A DNA stretch of 64,000 bases, from NCBI RefSeq assembly GCF_009914755.1, contig NC_060925.1; one strand, written 5' to 3'. Below are positions 51,630-64,000 of the stretch, piece after piece. Position 1 is the stretch's first letter, and each line of letters begins with the position of its first letter. The translations under genes and the position numbers were made by a program. A model generated the notes under the pieces. It was not told the DNA's origin. It did no database searches and saw only the letters and a list, made by a program, of their open reading frames with translations. The stretch is from the human T2T-CHM13v2.0 reference genome, Homo sapiens.

Positions 51630-52400
51630 CTTTTTTAAACTTTGAAATGTTTTAAGTGTACAGAAAAGCAGACAAAAGTGACAAAACCCATTTCAGATAC
51701 AAATATTTTTTATTTGTTTCAGATTTTTAAAAGAAATAAAACATTATAGATACAACAAAAGCTCCCAGTGTACCCCTCCTAAATCCTGTCTCTTTTCTTC
51801 TCCAGAGATAATCTGTCCTTTAAATGTGATGTCTTTTCATTCCCATGCATGTTTTTATATTTTTGCTCTCTGTGCATAAATGCACTGAGTGCTACTAAAA
51901 ATAGTGCTTTGCCTATTTTAAAATTGTGTATAAATGGGAACTTACTGTACCTGTCATACATCTTGCTATTTTTGCTCAATGTTGTGTTTTTGGTATTAAC
52001 CTTGTTAATTTAGGAATTGCATGTTGATCTAAGAAGTTATTTTAGTTGCTGTGCAGTAAGTATGCTATTGTATGACCATTTCACAATTAATGTACCCATT
52101 CTCCTGCCTTCATTTTTTTGTGTATTATAAACAATTTTGCCATGAAAACTTTGACTTATCTTTCTGTAAAAATGTGTGAAGTTTTTCTAGGCCAAATACC
52201 TAGGAATAGAATAGAGTATGCATGTCTTCGGCTTCCCTAGGTGCTGTGGAATTGCTCTCCAACGGCCTTATGCCAGTGCGAGCTCCTTCCTACAGGATAT
52301 AAGTTCCCGTTGCTCTTTACCCTTTCTAACTCTTGATATTGGAAGTATTTTTAGATTTTGCTTATTCAACAGGTATGAGAAACTATCACAGTTTGGATGT
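51630..52400 (-). mobile_element. Old L1ME fragment
   Basis: aaataaaacattatagatac...ttataaacaattttgccatgaa...atacctaggaatagaat. Confidence 0.7.
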
Positions 52401-52764
52401 ATAAAGATATGTCAAGTTGAGTAAAGATGTTAGAGCAAAGACTGGAGATTTTTTTTTCCTTTTCCTCCTGTTCTAGCTGTATTGTTCTAGCTATATTATA
52501 GGGCAGATTTGAGTTTCTGCTTGGGTAGAATTATCCTCATCAAAGCCTACTTTGGCCCTAATTAGTTTGCTATACATCCATTGTACACAGAACACATTAT
52601 GTACATTTCTAAGGAATTGAAGAGACAAAGTCCAAACTTATAGAACCTATGTTGGGGGTGCATAGCAGGAGATACTGGGGCCCAATTTACAGTAGGTTCA
52701 TTGCACTGGCCAGTGAATTCAGGGACCTTGCTCTCTATATCAGCAGAGATTGCTGCCTGTGTGG

Positions 52765-53089
<325 letters not shown>

Positions 53090-55180
53090 GCTTTTTGGGT
53101 TTTAATGTCCATAAAATGAGAGATTGCATTAGTCATTCCTTCTTCAAGAGCAGATTTTCTTTTCTGCTTTCAAAATTCCATGCTTCTAAGTGGCGTTGAC
53201 CCTTGGTGCTTTAAAACGTCTTAAAAATCACTGATACTTAATTGGTATTGAGAACAGAGGAACTTAATGCAGGAGCCACCACTAAGTGAAGAGCAGTTAA
53301 AAAATGCTAAGAAGTCACCTGCAAAATTCTAATCTAATTAAAATTATGTAAAAAAAGACCACCATCACTCATGTATAAAGATGACAGGGAAAAATTACAA
53401 TGAATAGACTGTGGGTGATTATTCCCCTCATTGCCCTATTTTTCTGTTTTCCAAATCTTTTTTAATGGTCATGGAGTAATATTCTTGGAATAAAATAATA
53501 AGCATATGCAAACAATTATAAGCTCATTTGGTAGGAAAATAAGAATGTGATTTATACAAAACATGTGCTGGGCAAAGGGGAGAACACCTGTATATGAAAA
53601 ATGATTTGTAATGATTTTGTAAATAATCCTATAATCCTTCCTTGGGTTAAGGGTTGGTGGATGATAAGTGTTTTTCTTTAGGTTTTGCTGCTGGAAAGAT
53701 CCAGGGAAGATGGAAGACAAGTAGACTGGCATCTTACCTAAAAGCAGTGGCACAGCAGGTGGTAGAATAATTTGAGCTTCGCTCATTGGATTTTAAGACC
53801 AAAAGAAAAGGCAGAACTAAAGAGATTTTATTCATTAGGTCACGTAGATATTCCTATTCCAAAGGCATATGACAAATCCTTCAGAGTTGAAGTAATCATA
53901 ATGCCTACAATATATTAAGCATTAAATATACATATATTTTTCAATTCTGGAATAGCTGTGAATGTGGGAATAACTGTACTGACTGACAGGGGAGAGATCA
54001 GATAGTTTAAGAAACTTGCCCCATATGCACAGCTCATCAGTGGTGCTGCCTGGACTCAGCCACCATCTGTTTCACTCTGCCGGGGCATACATGTATGTGT
54101 ACCCTTGCCCTGGCAAACTCTTCCTTTTGTAGAGCTGAAAGCAGCCCCCTGCAACTTTCCTATGTATTTATTCTCATCCTGCCCTCCTGAGCACCCAGCC
54201 TTAGAAGTCTGCTCCCTCTTTCGCACAACAGCCTTTCTGATCTTCAAAGAGGGCTATTGTGTCCATTTCTCCACTTCTCCCCTCTTCGGTCTGTCATCTT
54301 GGAAAAGCTCAGAGAGGTGTTTTTATTCACAGATGCCTTGAGAAATTTCATGGTTTTTAGACTCATGCTGAGTTTGTCCAGATGTGCCAATATTTGTCTT
54401 ATATGATACAAATTAATTGTCCAGAAGAGGAAGAAACCTTTGTAGACACTCACTAATGCAAACCAGTTCCTTTGAGTATTGATGGAAGGAAAAACACTAA
54501 AAAATGAAACAGATCATTTTCACTGGGAGAGTGTAGTTGTTGAATTCACATTCTACTTTTAGGACAAATCTGTAGCATGACAGTTCAGTCTTACCACATG
54601 TATTAACCATGGGAAACCTAGGGTGACATTTGCAATAGACTCCTGCTTTTCTGTAAGGACTTTATACAGATGGAGAAAGTATGATACTCTTACATTTTAT
54701 TACCAAGTTCTGTGGCCCAGGGTTTACAGCATAAGGTGGCAAATAATTTAGCTCCACTCAGATTTGGAAGAGTAACTATTATTATTATAAGTAAGATTTA
54801 AACTTAGGGACAGGTACACACTCTTTAAGGAGAGTTCTAAGACTGAGATGTTGTATCATTATCAGTACCTGGCATAAATATATGTATCTGAGTTCTCTTT
54901 GAGAATCATAAGGGAAAAGATGTCTAATATGATTTAACCTCAAGACACTAACAATGATTACACCTATCCCCTGCTCCCAGCATCATAGTCACCAACTGTG
55001 GCAACAGCTGCTGCTAATGTTTTTTGAACTCCTGTGGTATGCCTGGTGATGTACTTTATATCAGCTAGTTCATTCTCAAAACTTGAGAACACACTACATA
55101 TACCCTAGTAAGTACTATTGTTAGCCTCGTTTTATAGATGAAAAAACTGAGAGGTTAAGTATTCTGCCCAAGATCATATA

Positions 55181-55403
55181 TAGGTTGGGTATCCCTAATC
55201 TGAGAATCCAAAACCCAAAATGCACCAAAATCTGAAACGTTTTGCATGCCAACATGATGCTCAAAGGTGCTCCTTGGAGCATTCAGATTTTGGATTTTTG
55301 GATTAGGAATGCTCAGCTGGTATAAACGCATATATTCCAGAATCTTGAAGACATCTGAAACATGTCTGATCTCAAGCATTTTGGGTAAGGGATACTCAAC
55401 CTG
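55181..55403. mobile_element. MER46A/Tigger4a MITE inside a minus-strand MIR
   Basis: TIRs taggttgggtatccct / agggatactcaacctg with TA TSD. Confidence 0.88.
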
Positions 55404-56576
55404 TATCTTGTATATAGTAGAGTGAGAGTCTAGCTTATGCTTTGCTCTTATATCTTGTTTCTTTCTTCAGCAAAATAGTCTGTAAATTGAACATTAAACA
55501 GTGCACTGGGGACACAGTAAGGAATCTTTCATTACCAATGGAGCATGAATGAAAGTTTCCAAATATGAGGTTTCCTTAGTGAAACACTATTTTTAGGAAA
55601 AACTATTAAACCAAGGCTTATGATAAAGGATCATTCCACATCCAAATATACCTCTCCTGTATTAGCATAATTCTCTACTAAAATCACAGCTGAAATTCAT
55701 TCACTCTAAGAGATGGATAAAAACCATACGGTTTCATGTAAAGATCACCAGCTTCCCAGAACTAGGATGATGGGAATTTTAACTAATGCTGCTGTGACTG
55801 TGGCCTAGCCTCTTACTCTTTCTGGATCTCAGTGGGCCCATCTGTAGAATGTGAGCATTGGCCTCTGTGATAATGAATGTTCCTTCTAGCTTTGTATATT
55901 GCATAGTGCATGACTGCTAGCTTCAGGAAAAATAAAACGTTTTCAATGGAAATATCAGATCACCAACCTGATTCCAATGAATTTTTTTTTATTCACTGAG
56001 GCTTTATGTCATATAAAAATATGTGACGTATTACTGCTCTGCTGCCCATCTATTTAAGGCATTCTTCAGTAGACTTGTCAGGGCTTATCTAAATCTTAGC
56101 ACCACTTACGTGTGGCTGATTGCTTGGCAGGAGGAGGTTCCTGCATTTTCTTCCTCCTGTGTATTAGTGAATTGAAATCAAGGGAAAAACTGCTTGGCTT
56201 TCTGCTTCCTTCCATGGTAGGTAGACTTTTCTACATATTTTCCAACAGTTCTTTTTGACAGCCAAGTCTGGAAACAGGGCAGGATGGAGGTTTTACAAAT
56301 AGGTGACAGTTGTTTGTCTCATGAATTTCTTCTATTTCCTTTCCCTAGTGGAGTTAACTGCCTCCTTCCTACAACAATCCGAACGTACTTCCATCACAGA
56401 GTATCTAGCAGTGTGAGCAATAGCCATTTCTCTCTTTTACCTCTTCTGGATTCTAAACCCATCATAGGTAGAGATAGAACATGTCTGTGCTTAGATAGTA
56501 TCTGGCACATACAGATTGCTCACTTAATGGTGAATGAATGAATAAAGAAGAAAAAGTGATGAAAGAAGAAAAACTA

Positions 56577-56895
56577 CAGTCGTCTCTTGGTATCTGTGGC
56601 ACATTCGTTCCAGGACCCTGATGGATGCCAAAATCCTTGGATGCTCAAGTCTCTGATATAAAATGGCATAGTGTTTGCATCTAACCTACATACATTCTCC
56701 TGTATACTTTAAATTATCTCTAGGTTACTTATAATACCTAATATAATATAAATGCTATGTAAATAGTTGTTACACTGTATTTTAAAATTTGTATTATTTA
56801 TTATTATTATTTATTTACTTATTTTTCCAAATATTTTTGATCTGTGGTTGATTGAATCCATGGGTGTGGAACCTGGGGATATGGAGGGCTGACTA
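56577..56895. mobile_element. MER2 TcMar-Tigger MITE
   Basis: TIRs cagtcgtctcttggtatc / gatatggagggctgacta with TA TSD. Confidence 0.9.
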
Positions 56896-57214
56896 TATAT
56901 ACTAATGAACACTACTTTGGATTATATGAAAATACCCATTTATGAAATGGACAGTTCAAATGTTTCCTCTTTGACTGTTCTTAACCTGACCTCCCAACTT
57001 GAAGTAATCTGTTCCTCTCCTCTAAACAGTTATGTGTACTATGTGTTTGGTAATTAATTATGTACTGACTCATGACATTTGTTTCTGTTCTTATAATACT
57101 TTTTGATTTTCAAATACCTTATGACTTTGTTTTTTATTACAATTTGTTTTCCCATCAAGATTGTAAATTCTTGGAGGCAAGGGCAATTATTAAATACTAT
57201 ATTTGATACTTAAT

Positions 57215-58608
<1,394 letters not shown>

Positions 58609-58619
58609 ATACATTTTAT

Positions 58620-58920
58620 TCTTTCTGTCTGAAATAATCCTCCATCCCCAATGTTTAAAAACTGCCATCCTTGACTCCATGTGACTGTGTTAGGAGCCCT
58701 TTCTCTGGTCTCTCATCATACCTGTGCTTACAGTAATTTAGTGCGGCACTCCTCTCCCTGCGTTGTTCTTGCATTTTTTTTTACCCTCTCTTTTCTCGTT
58801 AGATTTTGTTTCCTTGAGGACAGGGAATGTCTTTAATCTCGGGATTTCTAACACCTAACATAGACTCAGGTGTGTAACAGTTGCTCAATAAGTACTTGTT
58901 GAATGAATGAATTAATAAAT
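58620..58920 (+). mobile_element. L2 3' fragment
   Basis: tccttgaggacaggg...tgctcaataagtacttgttgaatgaatgaa. Confidence 0.7.
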
Positions 58921-61589
58921 AAATAGGATTCAATTTTCAAAGTATCTGTTGTTGAACAACTTTCAGAAGTTTTTTTTTTTTTTTACAGAAATGAGATTAG
59001 ATATGCATCTTCATATATGCAATTGAAATCTCTCTTAAATTTCTAGATAATCAGTTGTTGTTGATGGCTTGGACATGGTTTTTACCTATTTATTTTTTGT
59101 AGCCTCTCCTTAGAAGGTGTTAATAAAAGCCACCTAGTTGATGCTTGAAACAACATGTGGAGGTAAAGGGACCAAGAATAGAATAGCCATATTCTATAAA
59201 CAAACAAAATGAAGACTAACTTTTAGGTATCTGTTTTATGATGGACCCTCAGATGTGGTATATCCCAAGTCTGCCAGGAGGTTGTTCTTATCTGAAGTGC
59301 CTTTTCCATGTTGGATGTACTTAGATGCCTTTTATCCAGGTAGACTCAGATGGTCTGCAAATAGCTCTATGGATTTGGCATTGGAAAACCTCATGGTTCC
59401 CCAGGCATGGGGAGAGCACATAAAAGTGTTTTCTCTGTCATGGAGAATAAATAGCTGTGAGTCGTTGCATTCTTATCAACTGGAGACAATTGACAGTGGA
59501 TATGTGCCACTAGAGTTATGGTCAAGTGCAAGTTCATACTATATTTGGATCTTTAAGAGTCGGTAGAATGAACCATATTTGGTAAGCCTCTGAAGACTGT
59601 CTTGCTCCATTTCCTCAGCAGCTCTTGGTTACCAAAGGTGACTCTGGAGCCCCACCTCCAAGTCCCCATCCTGCACAGTTGGCATGATGGAAATGGCTTG
59701 AGGTTCTTGTTCTTTCAGATTCAGTGTTTTCATCTGTGCAGTAGGATATAAGTAGGATAAGATGTAATTTGTCAGGTTGCTATGAGGAATAAATGAAGTA
59801 ATAAATGTTAGTTGCCTATCACAGTTTCAGGCACATGGGAACCCTCTCCCCATTCCCCCAAACTTAATTGAAAAGATAGCCATCAGCCTCTGAAGTTGAA
59901 TTGTGCTGAGTGGTTACTAACATTAAAGACATATGGAGTTATTGTATCTGTATCTTTCACTTATCAGCTTTTCCTTGAAGGTTTAATGTGTGTTCCTTTG
60001 CTTTTAGGCCCCATGTTTATTTTCCTGAAATGGTGTCTTCTTGACTTAAAGTACAATCTTTGCTTTTTTATTCTTTTTTCACTGCTCTTGCCTGGTGATC
60101 CTGTTGTTTAAAGACATCTCCATCCTTCCCTATCCTTTCCCTTTCAAATCTATGGCCCAGACTGGGGGTGGCTTTAACTAACAACAGCACTTTGCATTAG
60201 TTAAGTAGAGTGGAATTTCTCATTCTACCTCTCAGCTATTGATGAAACCTTTCCCTGATGCACAAATTAAGACTGGGTGTATTTTGCATATTTTCCTAGA
60301 ATGACACAGTGATTCTGTGGCTAAACCAAGATTAGACCCTACCACTTTAAAAAATCTGACTTTTTGCTTAAAGTGTAAACTGTGTTGCTTCTAAAACTAC
60401 TAGTTGAATTTAACTTTCAAGTGTACTTTGTATTTAAATCTGATGATAGTGTTGTTTTTCCTTTTGTCTTGTTTAGATGAGGGTATTTTCTTCACTTCCC
60501 TGACCCCTAGTGCCTCAGTGACCTAGGCAGCAAGTTTTTTGATGCTGTCCAGAATGCTAATTAAGATATTTATTCTCTTTGGCCCTATTGTTTATGATAC
60601 TTGTAATTATGTCTATTAGATGGTAATCTCTGTTATCTCCCACTATACTAAGTGTACTACTCGGCACATAAAGAAATGTGTGAGTATGTGAATGTATACT
60701 CACATGTTTGAATAAATGTGAATAAATCAATATATTTATATAGTTACTGATTTAAATGTGTTCCGTCTTGGGATGTGAGATGGGATAATTGAATAAGAAA
60801 TTAGCCTGTGTGTGTTAAGGTAGTCAAAGTTTTTATGGTACCTTTGTACAAACTGCCCCTTCTGTTGTGTGTGTGCTGACCCATGTCATGATGCTCAGCA
60901 TGACTGGAGGAGTCCTGGTGTGTTTCTGTCCTCACTTGCTCCCTGGGTTGGGCGCCCCTCTGCAGGGTACAACCAACACAGTTGTATGAAGACCCTCTGA
61001 CTTTCATTTTCTGGCTGGCTGGGGGTTTTGGTGTTGAGCGCTTTTAAGTAAGACAGTCACCTTATCCTACTCAATGTTTTCTTGAAGTGCAGGCCCTGTG
61101 AAGATGAAGATCCCCTCTTCTATTTTGGGGACACTTTTGTGATGCTTTTATCTGTCTCTCCAGAGTCTGATTTAATGAAAATATGTACCTCCCTCACCAC
61201 ATTCTGCAAAGCTTACTTGAGTTTTTAAAATTTAATAGTAAATATGTTAGTACATGTTGATTCTAGTGCCCAGCACATAGTTTCTGCTCAATACTTAGCT
61301 ATAATTATTAGTTTATTTAAATTGCCTTAATCATTCATGCAATAAGCAAATGTCCCCCCTGTAGGCTGTTCTCCAGATCTGGGATACAGACATGGGTAAA
61401 GCTTGGAGCTTGTGTATAAGTAGCGGGGTCAGTCGCCTGCCAGTTCACTGGAGAGATGCCATGCTTGGAGGGTGGACTGACTGTAAGGCCCTCCCAGTTG
61501 TCAGACTCTAGGCTTCTAGTGTGCCCTCCCTCACTGTACAGCTGGTCAATGCATGGCACTAGAAAGTGCAAAGGCTTCAGTGTTGGATG

Positions 61590-61985
61590 AGTGTGGATTT
61601 GAATCCCAGCTGTGTTGTGGACTAGCTCTGAGCTTCAGTCTCTTCCTCTTAAAATGGGAATAATAGGGTAGTTGCAAAGTGTCATTGTTAATTAGGCCCT
61701 GGGCTAAGTTCTTTACTCCTGTGATTTTATGAAATCCTCAAACAGCCCTGTGAGGTGTGTCTTGTTAATATCTGTATTTTATAGATGAGGAGCCTGAGGC
61801 ACAGAAGGGTGAAGAAACTGGCCTAAGTGGTAGAGCTTTTCACTGAACCCAGGCCTATTAGAGAGCAGAGGCCACATTCTTCACTGTTATGCAGTGTCAT
61901 GCTATGTTATCTGTCCAGACATGTTACGATTCCTGGCACACAGGATCAGAGCAAATAGTAGCTATTATTCTTATTACTATTATTG
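61590..61985. mobile_element. Nested MIRs (minus-strand MIR inside a plus-strand MIR)
   Basis: gaatcccagct...aaaatgggaataata then aatcctcaaacagccctgtgagg...tagatgaggagcctgaggcacaga, then cctggcaca tail. Confidence 0.7.
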
Positions 61986-62250
61986 TTCTAAAATTCAGGC
62001 CTTTCTTCACCACACTGACACTGAGTAATATATATTGTAGCTGTTCAATAAAACTTTATTGGATTTAATTGGTTATGAATTTTATGTGTGGGAAGGTGGT
62101 TAACTTTCCTATCTGTAAGGAGAAATGCTCAATAGAATATCTTAAAATGGGGGAAGTTATGAAAATATAAAATAACAACCAGAGAGGCAAACCAGTTTAT
62201 GAGATTCTGTATTAGAAAGCTGGAAAGAAGTTTTTAATAAGAAGAATGGA

Positions 62251-62703
<453 letters not shown>

Positions 62704-63922
62704 TCAGTTATGTGGCCATCCCTTATAACAATGATGAACAGATAGGAGGGTGTGCAATCTTTAAAGTTTAGAAACAAATTTGTCCTTCTGACATCCTTCC
62801 CTTCTCTTGACACACGGTTGGTAATGGCCAAGATTCTGTTTTGCCTGATGGAGTTTTGAGTGAGTTAAATTAGGTTGTCTTGAAAATAGCTGGGCCAGAA
62901 AATAAAAAGGTTTTCTCTCTTTGGAAAGGGGCTTTACTCCAGGGAAGAACACAGCTGTCCAGGAGGAATCCGGGACTGTTGAGTCCAGAAACTTCGATCC
63001 TTCTCCACCCTTTCCCCAGTGTTTCACCAGCAGAAAAAGAATGTTATTAAAGTCTGTGATGAAACAAAGCTGCACGCTGAGACGTGGCTGCCAGAACTTT
63101 TATTTTTATGGTTCTCTTGAGTTTGGGGAGAAATAATTAAATGTTGCAAATGTAAAAATTGGCAGTAACATTTTCCATTTTGCCAATAGTCATTCCTTTG
63201 GTTTTCCCTTGGATTTTATTTATTTCTTTCTCCTTTTAGGCATTGCTCTGTCATAGCCTGCTTGAGTGTTGTGTCTCTAGGAAGGCCAGAACACCAGGTT
63301 TGGATGTTACATAGCCAAGAACATTGTGTAGCAGTGCCTGGTTTTGCCACAAGACAGGTCTGTAGGAAATACCACTGCCACTGCAGCCGAGCACGTTGAA
63401 CTGACTGTGCTCAGGAATACTTCACCAGTAGGCTTACTGGAAGGTATGTCTTTCTGCATCTGTGATTTGCAGAGGGGCATATGATTGCCTTGCTGTTGGA
63501 AACATAGGAAATATGGTTTTTGGGGATTCTACTTTGAAATAATGGTACTCGTCAATGCAGTGGGAAACTACAATATCAGGATGTTAAGAAAGGGTTCAAA
63601 AGGTTTTAGGAAGTCTTGAAAGATAAATGCCCATTCCAATTGAGCCAGTAGGTCAGTCTTCTTAGGGTTTCTGTGATAATATAGGACTTTAGAGTGGAGA
63701 CGCCTTTCCTGACAAGTCTAGGGTTGATTTTATGTATTTGCTAAGATTTATTAAAATAAAAAATGGCATATTCTATAAGGAAAAATAATATTAATGGTAT
63801 TTTAATTAAGCTTAAGCAATAAATAATGGTTATCACATAATTTTTATTTATTATTCTTTACCTTATTTCAGGGTCTGTCTTACTGTGAAGTTTCAATAAA
63901 ATGCTTAGAACTACATTTTCCT

Positions 63923-64000
63923 GGCCAGGTGCAGTGGCTCATGCCTGTAATCCCAGCACTTTGGGAGACCGAGGCAGGTGGATCACTTGAGCTCAGGAGT
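63923..64000 (+). mobile_element. Alu 5' end, cut by the window edge
   Basis: ggccaggtgcagtggctcatgcctgtaatcccagcactttggg. Confidence 0.95.

Noticed and set aside
63330-63362. CTCF site with upstream motif
   Set aside because: The 3' half of the core (GGGGCGC) does not match.

Overview
Primate (human-like) non-coding genomic DNA. I can support no functional protein-coding exon. Roughly half of the window is recognisable interspersed repeat: 14 Alus (J, S, Y), L1 fragments, many MIR/L2, MaLR/ERV LTRs (a THE1 solo LTR, a near-full-length THE1D-like provirus, LTR40-like, MLT1) and hAT/Tigger DNA transposons. The only gene-like sequence is a ~1.08 kb processed pseudogene of cofilin-1 (CFL1) on the minus strand at 44.5-45.6 kb, plus a 34-nt tRNA-Arg(TCT) 5' half at 41.3 kb. 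T/G-rich composition on the + strand suggests a long intron of a + strand gene. From memory, CFL1P3 in ROR1 intron 1 would fit, but this is unverified. The most striking unexplained structure is a set of template-switch scars. The best is at 524-1004: a 146-nt insertion made of a perfect 22-nt inverted copy of its own flank joined to a 124-nt, 93%-identical inverted copy of a MIR ~215 nt downstream. Repeat subfamily names come from remembered consensus sequences, and boundaries of old repeats are approximate. I do not see convincing evidence of a new multi-gene system.
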